In this document: piece by piece, positions 30,181 to 40,193 of the stretch
How the letters are laid out: the number at the start of each line of letters is the position of its first letter
Numbering within the stretch: position 1 is the stretch's first letter
From: Clostridiales bacterium DTU070
GTDB taxonomy: Bacteria; Bacillota; Clostridia; DSM-8532
Reading direction: 5' to 3'
NCBI GenBank assembly: GCA_001513105.1
Contig: LFSH01000059.1
Span: 11,375-75,374, forward strand
Length of the DNA: 64,000 bases
The notes under the pieces: generated by a model
The model's input: only the letters and a program-made list of their open reading frames with translations
What the model was told of the DNA's origin: nothing
Databases searched by the model: none
Translations under genes and position numbers: made by a program

Positions 30181-31902
30181 ATGAAAAAAGCAAAATTTCT
30201 CTCACTTCTTATGACTGTTGCCCTGATTGTTGCCGTTTTATCAGCGTGCGCTCCTCTGGGCACAGGCGGTTCAACAGGCACTCAAACCCCTACTCCGGGG
30301 CAGAGTACTCAACAACCTGGTACACCTGACGACAAGAAACCTGAACCCATAACCTTTACGATGTTTGTCGCAGGTCCTGGAGAGGCACCACCAGCAAACA
30401 ATAAAATCATAAAGAAAATTCAGGAAATCACAGGCGTCACCATTGAGTTTGAATTTCTCGTAGGTGACATGGAACAGAAAGTCGGAATAATGATCGCCAG
30501 CGGTGATTATCCCGATTTGATTGGCGCAGGTCAGGCACGCGGAAGATTCTTAAATGCAGGTTCATTTGCTGCGCTTGACGATTATCTCCCAAATTACCCG
30601 AATCTCTGGAAACACTATGAACCTTATCTTGACAGGCTTCGCAGTATATCACCCGACAAGAAGATATACATATTGGATATATGGGGCCGCGAATACTGGC
30701 TTAACGACGGAGAAGACCAGTACTATGAAGGAGATTATAACGGCCCGGCATTCTGGATTCAGAAAGACGTACTTGCATGGGACGGATATTCAAATCCCAC
30801 AAAACTTGATGATTTCTTCGACCTGTTAGAGCGTTACTATAAGGCACATCCCACCATTGACGGACAGCCCACGCTGCCTTTCGAAGTTCATTCACAGGAC
30901 TGGCGCTCATTCTGTCTGAAGAATGCTCCACAGCACCTGATTGGCGGACGTAACGAAGGTGACGTTGTTGTTAAACCCGATACGCTCGAAGTAGAAATAT
31001 ACCAGAACAAATGGTATGCAAAGGATTACTACAAAAAGCTGAACGAAGCATACAAGAAAGGCCTTATTCATCCTGAAACCTTTACAAGAAACTATGACGA
31101 ATACCTGAAGGTTATTTCCCAGGGCCGCGTACTGGCTATGTTCGACCAGCACTGGAACTTCCAGGACGGTGAATCTGTTCTTGTCGGCGAAGGCAAATAT
31201 GAAAGAACCTATGTACCCATCGGTGTAAGCTTTGACGGTACTCCGATGCCATACAACAGGTATAAGAGCGAAGGAATCATAGGCGGAAACGGTATGGGTA
31301 TCAGTAAAACATGTAAAGACATAGAACGTGCTTTGCAGTTTATGGATACTCTTCTTGAAGAAGACGTACATCGCCTGATGTACTGGGGTATTGAAGGCGA
31401 AGACTACTATGTGGATGCCAACGGACGCCTGAGACGCACTCCTGAACAGAAAGCCAATTTCGACAATCCTGACTGGAGACTTGCCAATTCAGGTATTGTG
31501 CTTGGTGACCAGTTCCCGAAACTTGAAGGCCGTTATTCCGACGGTAACTCCTGCAGCGCAGGAACACAGCCTGAAGAAAGACTTGAAAACCAAAACGAGT
31601 ATGACAAGAAATTCTACCAGCAATACGGTTTCTACGGAAGATCCGACTTCCTGCCAATCATGAAGGATCCCGGATATCCTGAAGTATGGTCAATTTTCTC
31701 CACCATGGAAGACGACAACATCGCTAAGCCTATATTTGACCAGATTACAGATCTCCAGAACCGTTACCTGCCTGGCGTAATCATGTCTGACGACTTTGAA
31801 GCTGCATGGGCAGAGTACGTGGCAAGATATGAAAACATTGATTATCGTGCACTGGAAGAAGAAGTTGAACGTCAAATCCGTGAACGTATGACAATCTATT
31901 GA
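30181..31902 (+). CDS. Extracellular oligosaccharide-binding lipoprotein
   Basis: Lipobox LSAC, Thr/Pro/Gln linker, ASGDYPDLI; start MKKAK after AAGGGG. Confidence 0.88.
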   Translation: MKKAKFLSLLMTVALIVAVLSACAPLGTGGSTGTQTPTPGQSTQQPGTPDDKKPEPITFTMFVAGPGEAPPANNKIIKKIQEITGVTIEFEFLVGDMEQKVGIMIASGDYPDLIGAGQARGRFLNAGSFAALDDYLPNYPNLWKHYEPYLDRLRSISPDKKIYILDIWGREYWLNDGEDQYYEGDYNGPAFWIQKDVLAWDGYSNPTKLDDFFDLLERYYKAHPTIDGQPTLPFEVHSQDWRSFCLKNAPQHLIGGRNEGDVVVKPDTLEVEIYQNKWYAKDYYKKLNEAYKKGLIHPETFTRNYDEYLKVISQGRVLAMFDQHWNFQDGESVLVGEGKYERTYVPIGVSFDGTPMPYNRYKSEGIIGGNGMGISKTCKDIERALQFMDTLLEEDVHRLMYWGIEGEDYYVDANGRLRRTPEQKANFDNPDWRLANSGIVLGDQFPKLEGRYSDGNSCSAGTQPEERLENQNEYDKKFYQQYGFYGRSDFLPIMKDPGYPEVWSIFSTMEDDNIAKPIFDQITDLQNRYLPGVIMSDDFEAAWAEYVARYENIDYRALEEEVERQIRERMTIY

Positions 31903-31934
31903 TAAAATAGTTATTCTTCAGCTAAAATAAGCAA

Positions 31935-31970
31935 ACAGAAGAGTCGTCCGTAAACGGCCGACTCTTCTGT
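31935..31970 (+). other. Intra-operon stem-loop after the SBP gene
   Basis: acagaagagtcg / cgactcttctgt 12-bp stem, no U-tract. Confidence 0.6.
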
Positions 31971-32017
31971 ATAATACCTAACCGGGGTGAGAATCAGGGC
32001 TAGGGGGAAATCAAAAT

Positions 32018-32965
32018 ATGGTAACCAAAAGTTTAAATCGAAGAAGTGAATTTTTCAAACAGGCACGAAAACAGAAAAGTTTAATACTGATTTCGATTCC
32101 CTATTTCATCTACTTTTTTATTTTTTCATACCTGCCGCTATGGGGACTAACAATGGCTTTCCAGAATTATAAGCCCCAATTATCCTTTTTTGAACAGGAA
32201 TGGGTTGGTTTCAAGCATTTTCAGAATTTGTTCACCGACCCTGATTTCTACCGTGTGATGAGAAACACTTTGGGAATGAGCCTAATAAACCTGACTTTGT
32301 CATTTGTCACTGCGATAGGTTTTGCATTGCTTTTAAACGAGCTTACAGGGGAGTTCTATCATTTTAAACGTGTTGTACAGACAATTTCGTATATGCCCCA
32401 TTTCCTTTCATGGATCATTGTATGCGGACTGGTTTCAGGTGTACTTTCAATGGATGACGGAATTATCAACGAACTGCTGCTAAAACTGGGACTGATTAAA
32501 GAAAAAATACATTTCATGGGCAAACCGGAACTCTTCTGGTGGATTGTAGGATTTACAAACGTATGGAAATCAATGGGCTGGAACAGCATCATATATCTGG
32601 CAGCCATAACCTCTATAGATCCTTGCCTCTATGAAGCTGCTGCTATAGACGGGTATGGGCGTTTCGGAAGAATGTGGCATATTACGCTGCCCGGCATTAA
32701 ATCCACTATAATAGTCCTCCTGATTTTAAACGCAGGATGGATCCTGAATGCAGGTTTCGAAATCCAGTATATTCTTGGTTCAAACGGTCTTGTGCTTGAC
32801 GTTTCGGAAACCATTGACATATTCGTACTAAAAAGAGGTTTCGGCAGATCGGGCGGTTTTGCCTTCGGAACTGCCGCGGGTATGTTCAAGACAGTGGCCA
32901 GCACTGTAATATTGCTGCTGTGCAATAAAATTGCCGCATGGCTGGACGAGGAAAGGCTGGTTTAG
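32018..32965 (+). CDS. Oligosaccharide ABC permease (LplB-like)
   Basis: MPHFLSWII, LYEAAAIDG. Confidence 0.9.
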   Translation: MVTKSLNRRSEFFKQARKQKSLILISIPYFIYFFIFSYLPLWGLTMAFQNYKPQLSFFEQEWVGFKHFQNLFTDPDFYRVMRNTLGMSLINLTLSFVTAIGFALLLNELTGEFYHFKRVVQTISYMPHFLSWIIVCGLVSGVLSMDDGIINELLLKLGLIKEKIHFMGKPELFWWIVGFTNVWKSMGWNSIIYLAAITSIDPCLYEAAAIDGYGRFGRMWHITLPGIKSTIIVLLILNAGWILNAGFEIQYILGSNGLVLDVSETIDIFVLKRGFGRSGGFAFGTAAGMFKTVASTVILLLCNKIAAWLDEERLV

Positions 32966-33007
32966 TAGAAATATGCTGTGCGCTATTCTGCTTGGAGGTA
33001 TAAAGAT

Positions 33008-33895
33008 ATGAAAAAATCTTTGGGTGATAAGATTATAGACTGGATTATTGTGCTTTTCATGCTGTTGGTTGTTGTTGCGATGCTGTATCCGCTGTGGAAC
33101 ACACTGGCCATATCGTTCAATGATGCAAGGGATTCCATAAAGGGCGGGATCTACCTGTGGCCGAGAGAATGGACTCTTTACAACTACCAGAGCATATTCA
33201 AGACAGATAAAATATTCAAGGCTTTTATGGTTTCTGTCTCGCGCACAGTGCTCACGACGGTATTGAACGTGTTTTTCTCGGGATTACTCGGGTATGTATT
33301 GAGCCGCAAGGAATTTATTTTCCGCAGGTTTTTGACTGTATTCATGGTAATGACCATGTACATAAACGCGGGATTGATTCCTCAGTATTTCCTGTACCGC
33401 AGTTTAGGCCTGATCAATACTTTCTGGGTATATATACTTCCTGCACTGGTTGGCGCATTTAATGTAATCGTTATTCGCACATATATAAATTCATTGCCCG
33501 CATCCCTTGTTGAATCGGCGAAAATCGACGGTGCCGGTGAACTGAGGATTTATTTCAGCATTATAGTTCCGATGTGCCTTCCTGTTTTGGCTACCGTTGC
33601 ACTATGGGTTGCAGTGGGCGCATGGAACTCATGGTTTGATTCGTTCATATTTGCACCGAAACAGGATTTGAGTACCCTTCAGTACGAAATGATGAAAATT
33701 ATTGCTTCATCGATGCAGACAGGAATCAGCCAGCCCGACTATATTGACATGCAGTCAAGCCAATCCCGGAACATGGTTACACCCAATTCACTGCGTGCAG
33801 CCATGACAATGGTGGCAACAGTCCCGATTCTTGTGGTATATCCTTTCCTTCAGAAGTATTTTGTGACTGTTAACATCGGCAGTGTCAAGGAATAA
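33008..33895 (+). CDS. Oligosaccharide ABC permease (LplC-like)
   Basis: SLVESAKIDGAG, YPFLQKYF; GGAGG before MKKS at 33008. Confidence 0.9.
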   Translation: MKKSLGDKIIDWIIVLFMLLVVVAMLYPLWNTLAISFNDARDSIKGGIYLWPREWTLYNYQSIFKTDKIFKAFMVSVSRTVLTTVLNVFFSGLLGYVLSRKEFIFRRFLTVFMVMTMYINAGLIPQYFLYRSLGLINTFWVYILPALVGAFNVIVIRTYINSLPASLVESAKIDGAGELRIYFSIIVPMCLPVLATVALWVAVGAWNSWFDSFIFAPKQDLSTLQYEMMKIIASSMQTGISQPDYIDMQSSQSRNMVTPNSLRAAMTMVATVPILVVYPFLQKYFVTVNIGSVKE

Positions 33896-33983
33896 TCCGT
33901 TCGGGTATAAAGGCTGTCATACCGGGCTGAGATGGAACCGGAAATGAATCAGAAAAACAGACTGTTTTTAACTGTCCATATAC

Positions 33984-34020
33984 AAACCGCTGTGATGACT
34001 AATAAAGATCACAGCGGTTT
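33984..34020 (+). terminator. Hairpin after ABC operon 2
   Basis: Perfect 13-bp stem aaaccgctgtgat / atcacagcggttt. Confidence 0.55.
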
Positions 34021-34073
34021 ATGCTGTCAGTACGTCATATGAAAAAATGCTTCAACGATTTGTTCACCTGCAT

Positions 34074-34108
34074 AAAAAGAAAGACCCCGGCATAACAGGG
34101 GTCTTTCT
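34074..34108 (-). terminator. Terminator after kduD
   Basis: agaaagacccc / ggggtctttct with an A-run on the left. Confidence 0.7.
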
Positions 34109-34133
34109 GATATTCAGCGGGTTTGTCCTGGTT

Positions 34134-34895
34134 TTACCTTGCAAGCCAGCCGCCGTCAACCGCAATTGTGTAGCCATTTACATAGTCCGATGCGGATGAC
34201 GCAAGGAAAACTGCTGCACCGGCCAGGTCTTCAGGTGTACCCCAGCGGCCTGCAGGAATTCTGTCGAGGATTTCCTTCGATCTCTTTTCATCGGCACGGA
34301 GCGGTGCAGTATTATTTGTAGCCATGTATCCCGGAGCAATGGCGTTAACATTGATGTTATGCTTTGCCCATTCATTGGCCATGGCTCTTGTAATGCCCAT
34401 TACGCCGCTCTTGCTTGCTGTATAGGACGGAACACGGATACCGCCCTGGAATGACAGCATTGAAGCTATGTTAATAATTTTTCCGCCGGTTCCCTGTTTT
34501 ATAAACTGCCTTGCAGCAGCCTGGCTGAAGAAGAAAACCGTCTTTACGTTAATGTTCATTACGTCGTCCCAGTCTTTAACGGTAAAATCTATAGCATCGC
34601 ATCTTCTGATTATTCCGGCATTGTTAACCAGGATATCAAGTTTGCCGAAGGTTTCAACAGTCTTTTGAATTATCCCGTCAATCGGATCAATGGTTAAAAG
34701 ATTTGCTACTATGCCGAGGAATTTTCCGCCCTTTTCCTCGATTATCTTCTGTGTTTCGGGCATGTCCACATAGTCCACTCCAACAATGGCGGCACCTGCT
34801 TCTGCAAGACCTATGGCCATTCCCTGGCCCAAACCGGTGCTTGCGCCCGTTACAATTGCAACTTTGCCATCAAGTTTGAACTTGTCCAGTATCAT
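34134..34895 (-). CDS. kduD: 2-dehydro-3-deoxy-D-gluconate 5-dehydrogenase
   Basis: SDR TGASTGLG, NNAGIIRR, SFQGGIRVPSYTASK; adjacent to kduI. Confidence 0.95.
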   Translation of the reverse strand: MILDKFKLDGKVAIVTGASTGLGQGMAIGLAEAGAAIVGVDYVDMPETQKIIEEKGGKFLGIVANLLTIDPIDGIIQKTVETFGKLDILVNNAGIIRRCDAIDFTVKDWDDVMNINVKTVFFFSQAAARQFIKQGTGGKIINIASMLSFQGGIRVPSYTASKSGVMGITRAMANEWAKHNINVNAIAPGYMATNNTAPLRADEKRSKEILDRIPAGRWGTPEDLAGAAVFLASSASDYVNGYTIAVDGGWLAR

Positions 34896-34936
34896 AATTC
34901 CTTCCTCCGTTCATACCAGTTTTATTGAACAGCTAA

Positions 34937-35767
34937 TTATCTTAAATCATCCATTGATACATGGTCCATGTCGTCAAAGTTCTGGTTTTCACCGGCCATT
35001 CCCCAGATGAATGTGTAGCTGGCTGTTCCAACTCCCGAATGGATGGACCAGCTTGGGGATATAACCGCCTGTTCGTTTTTAACTATAATATGACGGGTTT
35101 CACTCGGTTCGCCCATGAAATGGATAACCCTGTCATTTTCGTTCATGCCGAAGTACAGGTATACTTCCATTCTGCGTTCATGGGTATGGCACGGCATTGT
35201 GTTCCAGACATTGTTCGGTTCAAGAATTGTTAAACCCATAACCAGCTGGCAGCTCTTGCATACTGCGGGATGAACATACTGATAGATTGTACGCTCATTG
35301 GACTGTGCCAGTGAACCAAGATGCCTGGGATTGGCCTTGTTGATATCAATTTTTACCGTTGGATACGAAGTATGAGCAGGAGCACTGTTGATGTAGAATT
35401 TTGCAGGATTGCCCGGGTCCTCGCTCTCGAAAATGACTTCCTTTATCCCCATACCCGCATACAAACCATCGCGGGGTCCAAGTTCATATACTTCACCGTC
35501 AAGTTTAATTCTTCCCTTGCCCCCGATATTAATAACTCCCATCTCACGGCGTGCTAAAAAATACTCAGCGCCTATTTCCTTGCCTGCTTCAAGTTTCAAA
35601 GGCTTCTCGAGCGGAGTAGCCCCCCCTGCAATCATTCTGTCAACATGACTGTAAACAAGGTTTATTTCTCCGGGAATAAACACCTTGGGAATCAGGAATT
35701 CAGCCCTGAGCTCGTCCGTTGTATAATATTTTGCATCTTCCGGATGTGTACTGTAACGAATCTCCAT
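34937..35767 (-). CDS. kduI: 5-dehydro-4-deoxy-D-glucuronate isomerase
   Basis: [51 protein letters not shown]. Confidence 0.96.
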   Translation of the reverse strand: MEIRYSTHPEDAKYYTTDELRAEFLIPKVFIPGEINLVYSHVDRMIAGGATPLEKPLKLEAGKEIGAEYFLARREMGVINIGGKGRIKLDGEVYELGPRDGLYAGMGIKEVIFESEDPGNPAKFYINSAPAHTSYPTVKIDINKANPRHLGSLAQSNERTIYQYVHPAVCKSCQLVMGLTILEPNNVWNTMPCHTHERRMEVYLYFGMNENDRVIHFMGEPSETRHIIVKNEQAVISPSWSIHSGVGTASYTFIWGMAGENQNFDDMDHVSMDDLR

Positions 35768-35827
35768 AGATACTACCTCCATTTTTTATTATATTTATAA
35801 TGGCAATTTAGCCAATAATTTATACCT

Positions 35828-36802
35828 TTATGCCGATTCACGTATGAACAGGCTGTGTTTTACAATTGTTTTCATGCTTACCAGATCACCGGTTATAAGC
35901 TGAAGAAGATGATCCACCGCCAGGACCCCTAATTCCCTGAAGGGAGTTCTGACCGTTGTCAGTGCAGGTTTGAAATACTGGGCTATATCCAGATCATCCA
36001 TGCCCACAACGGCGATATCATCGGGCACATTCAAACCTTTGCCGCGTGCCCTGTTAATAAATTCCATTGCATACGAATCGCAGATTCCGAAAAAGGCCGT
36101 GGGTTTATCCTTCATTTTTAGAATAGCGTCTATCGCATCCCCTGACGAATCACCTTCGCTTAGAATGAACCTGTACCTGTCGCCAGCTTCGATGCCGTGT
36201 TTTTTAAAGGCATCTTCATAACCCGCCAGTTTATCCCTGTCTATCCTGAGCATGCCAGGATATCCCAGCGTTGCAATCTTCCTGTGTCCGTTCCCGATTA
36301 AATGCTCCACAATATCACATGCCGCTTTTCTTACATCTACTGCAACATAACTTATTTGGGGATCGTCTATTATGCGGTTCACAAATATATGCGGAATATT
36401 TCTTTTCTTCAGCCATTCAGCCTCCAGGGTCTCGCTGCAAAGGTCCTTGCCGACGACAATAACTCCCTTTGCGCCGTCCTTCTCGTTCCAGTTTTCGTAA
36501 TCTCTTTTTATCTGGTCCCCCGTGCGGACAACAAGCTGAATTTTAACATTCCTGTTCTCTGCTCTTTCTATGATACCATGTACCACTTCGGTGAAACCTT
36601 TAAACTTTTCAAAATCCTTTTCTACACTAATTTCAAAAACAATGTTTTTAAAAAGCAGCTCATGGGTGCTGTAACCCAGTTCCTGCATAGCCTTAAGGAT
36701 GGCTTTCCTTGCCTCGGGCCTTACATTATTGCCCCTGAGAAATCTGAAAACAGTGCTTCGGGATACACCCGATCTCTGGATAATGTCTTCTGTTTTCGGC
36801 AT
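35828..36802 (-). CDS. LacI-family regulator upstream of kduID
   Basis: SGVSRSTVFRFL HTH, VPDDIAVVGMDD, PALTTV; start MPKT after AAGGAG. Confidence 0.88.
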   Translation of the reverse strand: MPKTEDIIQRSGVSRSTVFRFLRGNNVRPEARKAILKAMQELGYSTHELLFKNIVFEISVEKDFEKFKGFTEVVHGIIERAENRNVKIQLVVRTGDQIKRDYENWNEKDGAKGVIVVGKDLCSETLEAEWLKKRNIPHIFVNRIIDDPQISYVAVDVRKAACDIVEHLIGNGHRKIATLGYPGMLRIDRDKLAGYEDAFKKHGIEAGDRYRFILSEGDSSGDAIDAILKMKDKPTAFFGICDSYAMEFINRARGKGLNVPDDIAVVGMDDLDIAQYFKPALTTVRTPFRELGVLAVDHLLQLITGDLVSMKTIVKHSLFIRESA

Positions 36803-36880
36803 GTGACACTCCTTTAATGTCATTTATCTGATACTAATGTATCAATTTAATGATACTACATTATGCAAAAAAAAGCAACC

Positions 36881-36934
36881 AAAAAATGCCCGAAGGTTAT
36901 TGACTGAACCGGCAACAACCCCAGGGCATTTTTT
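36881..36934 (-). terminator. Terminator after hfq
   Basis: aaaaaatgccc / gggcatttttt arms. Confidence 0.55.
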
Positions 36935-36957
36935 TAGCTGCGCAAATTTATCTTTTA

Positions 36958-37194
36958 TTATGGTCTTGTACTTTCATTAAAAATAATATTCACTGCTTTC
37001 ATCGGGGATACGGTAGATATTGCATGTTTGTATACAAGCTGTTGTTTTCCTTCACTGTCGATAACTACGGTGAAATTGTCAAAACCTTTTACCATTCCAC
37101 GGAGTTGAAAACCATTTGTAAGGTATACCGTTACAGGTATATGTTCTTTTCTTACCTGGTTAAGAAAAACATCCTGCAAATTAATGTTTTTGTT
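36958..37194 (-). CDS. hfq: RNA chaperone Hfq
   Basis: [29 protein letters not shown]; downstream of miaA. Confidence 0.96.
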   Translation of the reverse strand, partial: NKNINLQDVFLNQVRKEHIPVTVYLTNGFQLRGMVKGFDNFTVVIDSEGKQQLVYKHAISTVSPMKAVNIIFNESTRP

Positions 37195-37274
37195 CATAAC
37201 AGAGCCTCCTCGCCACAAATAAAATCAAAACAAAGAAAATAAACGTAATATATATTATATTTATTGTATATAAA

Positions 37275-38222
37275 CTAAATTGATGTTTCAAGGTATTCCT
37301 GAATTTTTTTAGTATTTTTTTCTATTTTTCCACTCCCTGCCTCAAGCCAAACGGCTTCCTTTATTGATCTGAACCATGTAAGCTGCCTTTTGGCATAATG
37401 CCTTGTATCCCTTTTCAGTATCCTTATTGCCTCATCAAAAGGCACTTCGTTGTTCAGGTAACTGATTATTTCCTTGTAGCCCAAACCCTGTAATGCAGTT
37501 GAACCCGGCTTGTAACCCATATTCAGAAGCATTTTTACTTCGTCTACAAGGCCTGCTTCAAGCATTTTGTCCACTCTCCGGTCAATCCTGTCATAAAGCA
37601 CGTTCCTGTCCATATTAAGAACGAATACCAGGTACCTGTACTCCGGTGGTTCGGTCCTGGACTCCTTTTTGTGCTGTGACAACGGCTTCTTTGTATATTC
37701 ATACACTTCCAGCGCCCGGATGACCCTTTTCACGTTATTGTAATGTATTTCCCCGGCGCTTTCGGGATCAACCCTTTGAAGCATTTCATGAAGAACTTTC
37801 GGTCCTTCGGTCCGGGCAATATCCTGCATTCTTTTCCTGAATTCTTCATCCGTTACCGTTTCACTGAATTTTATATTATATATCAGGCTGTTTATATAAA
37901 GGCCGGTTCCGCCGGCAACAATGGGAAGTCTGCCCCTTGACAGGATATCCTTTATACATTTCCCGGCATCTTTTTTATATAACGCGACACTGTAGCTTTC
38001 ATCGGGATCCACGATGTCGATCATGTGATGGGGTATTCCCTTCATTTCCTCCTTAGTGGGTTTTGCGGTGCCGATATCCATATAGCGGTAAATCTGCATT
38101 GAGTCTGCAGATACCACCTCTCCGCCTGTCTTAAGGGCCAGGTTTATTGCCAAATCCGTTTTTCCTGAAGCCGTAGGTCCTGCTATTACAATAACTGTTT
38201 TATCCCTGTTCTGTACTTTCAT
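37275..38222 (-). CDS. miaA: tRNA dimethylallyltransferase
   Basis: GPTASGKT, SADSMQIYRYMDIGTAKP, GGTGLY, YAKRQLTWF. Confidence 0.97.
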   Translation of the reverse strand: MKVQNRDKTVIVIAGPTASGKTDLAINLALKTGGEVVSADSMQIYRYMDIGTAKPTKEEMKGIPHHMIDIVDPDESYSVALYKKDAGKCIKDILSRGRLPIVAGGTGLYINSLIYNIKFSETVTDEEFRKRMQDIARTEGPKVLHEMLQRVDPESAGEIHYNNVKRVIRALEVYEYTKKPLSQHKKESRTEPPEYRYLVFVLNMDRNVLYDRIDRRVDKMLEAGLVDEVKMLLNMGYKPGSTALQGLGYKEIISYLNNEVPFDEAIRILKRDTRHYAKRQLTWFRSIKEAVWLEAGSGKIEKNTKKIQEYLETSI

Positions 38223-40145
38223 TCAGACAATCCTCTTGAATTTTTTCTCCAGTTCCTTTTTGCCGATGCTTATTATATTGGGCCTTCCATGCACGCATGT
38301 ATACGGGTTTTCACAGCCGGCAAGGTCCCTGATCAGCCCCCTGATTTCCATCTGCGACATCGACCTGTTTGCCTTGATGGCACTTTTGCATGCCATCATA
38401 TAAATGGTTTCCTCCGGGATTATTTCCAATACGCCTTTTATCTCCTGGCTGAGCTTTCCCAATATATCCCTGAAATCTCTTGCCGAGAAGCTGCTCCCCA
38501 TTAAACTGGGTATTGCCCTGACCAGGACGGTTCTGTTCCCGAATGCCTCGGCATCAAAGCCCAGTTTTTTAATATACGGTGCCAGTTCATTGAACTTCTG
38601 CATTTCCAGTTCGGTCAGCTCCACTGTCAAAGGGCTTAACAGCCCCTGGCTGAACGGGTTTTCAAGTGTATACTGTTTTTTTATTTTTTCAAATCTTATC
38701 CTTTCATGGGCGGCATGCTGATCTACAAGGAACAGGTCCTCTCCGTCTTCAAGGATAATATATGTTTCAAAAGCCTGTCCGACGATTTCAGCATTAAGAA
38801 GCCTTTCGCGGTCGTCCTGAACCTGCGGCGCCGGAACAACTGCTGCCGGCCGTATCGGTTCAGCGGCCTGTGCTGCTGTTCCCGGGGCGGCTGCATCCCG
38901 CCTCTCTTCCCTTATTAACTCTTTTTCTTCTTCAGAAGTATTCGTTTCCGATACAGGTACCGGTTCCATAGGCTTACTGTATACCGGGTACTCCTTTTTC
39001 CTGTATTCCGGTACCCACAGTGAATTATCAGGCTGGTTCACCCTAATACCCGGCTTCCCTTGCATTTTTACCTGTTCGGCTTCTGTTTCCGGCGTTTCCT
39101 GGTAGCTGTATGATTGGGCATGATTGCTGCCCTTTTCATCAACACCTTGTATCAGGGATGCTCCGGACAGGGCTGCTGAAACCGCAATGTTAACCGCCCT
39201 GTAAATCATGTTTTCATCGCTGAAACGGACCTCTAATTTCGCCGGGTGTACATTAACGTCAACGGCTTCGGGCGATATGTCCAGTTTCAGCACGGTAAAC
39301 GGGAACCTTTTCTGCATCAGCCTTGTCTTGTATGCGTCTTCAATCGCGGCCGTTATTACCCTGTTATACACCGACCTTCCGTTTACGAATACCATTTCAA
39401 GGCTGCGGTTTCCTCTTGATATTTCGGGTTTCCCGATGTACCCGGTAACTTCAATGCCGCCCTGTTTAAAGCTCAGGGGTATAACTGCGTTTGCCGTTTC
39501 CTTGCCGAAAAGACTGTATATCGTGCTTAAAAGGTCATGGTTTCCCGGTGTGTGAATGACGGTTTTGCCCTGGTTTACCAGTTTTATTGACACATCAGGC
39601 CTTGCCAGCGCATTTCGTGTGATTATATCATGTATATAACCGGCTTCGGTTGAGTCTTTTTTAAGGAATTTATATCTGGCAGGCGTATTATAGAAAAGCT
39701 CCCTTACGACAAACATGGTTCCCTTCGGTGCGCCTACGGGCTCCGAAAGCAATACTCTTCCACCTTCTGTCACCACCCGTGTCCCGATTTCGGCCTCTTC
39801 GGTTTTAGTAATGACTTCAACCTTCGAAACAGACGCAATGCTTGCCAGTGCCTCGCCGCGGAAACCCATCGTGGAGATCCTGTTCAAATCGTCAATGGAC
39901 CTGATTTTGCTCGTAGCATACCTTTCGAACGCCATTTCAACATCATCGGCATCCATTCCGTCCCCGTTGTCTATTATTTTAATGCTTTTGATTCCACCGT
40001 TCAGAATTTCAACCGTTATCGATGTCGCATTCGCGTCAAGGGAATTCTCCACCATTTCCTTGACAACCGATGCAGGCCTTTCTATAACCTCCCCTGCCGC
40101 TATCTGGTTGGCGGTACTCTCATCAAGAATTACAACCCTGCCCAT
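38223..40145 (-). CDS. mutL: DNA mismatch repair endonuclease MutL
   Basis: NQIAAGEVIERPASVVKE, GFRGEALAS, DQHAAHERIRFE, CVHGRP. Confidence 0.97.
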   Translation of the reverse strand: MGRVVILDESTANQIAAGEVIERPASVVKEMVENSLDANATSITVEILNGGIKSIKIIDNGDGMDADDVEMAFERYATSKIRSIDDLNRISTMGFRGEALASIASVSKVEVITKTEEAEIGTRVVTEGGRVLLSEPVGAPKGTMFVVRELFYNTPARYKFLKKDSTEAGYIHDIITRNALARPDVSIKLVNQGKTVIHTPGNHDLLSTIYSLFGKETANAVIPLSFKQGGIEVTGYIGKPEISRGNRSLEMVFVNGRSVYNRVITAAIEDAYKTRLMQKRFPFTVLKLDISPEAVDVNVHPAKLEVRFSDENMIYRAVNIAVSAALSGASLIQGVDEKGSNHAQSYSYQETPETEAEQVKMQGKPGIRVNQPDNSLWVPEYRKKEYPVYSKPMEPVPVSETNTSEEEKELIREERRDAAAPGTAAQAAEPIRPAAVVPAPQVQDDRERLLNAEIVGQAFETYIILEDGEDLFLVDQHAAHERIRFEKIKKQYTLENPFSQGLLSPLTVELTELEMQKFNELAPYIKKLGFDAEAFGNRTVLVRAIPSLMGSSFSARDFRDILGKLSQEIKGVLEIIPEETIYMMACKSAIKANRSMSQMEIRGLIRDLAGCENPYTCVHGRPNIISIGKKELEKKFKRIV

Positions 40146-40193
40146 TGCTAACTCCTTTTAAGCCTTTAATTCAATATTTGTAAACCCCGGTAT

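Noticed and set aside
33850-33895. Permease C-terminus FVTVNIGSVKE appears one residue shorter than the usual pattern
   Set aside because: In-frame and minor; no evidence of inactivation.
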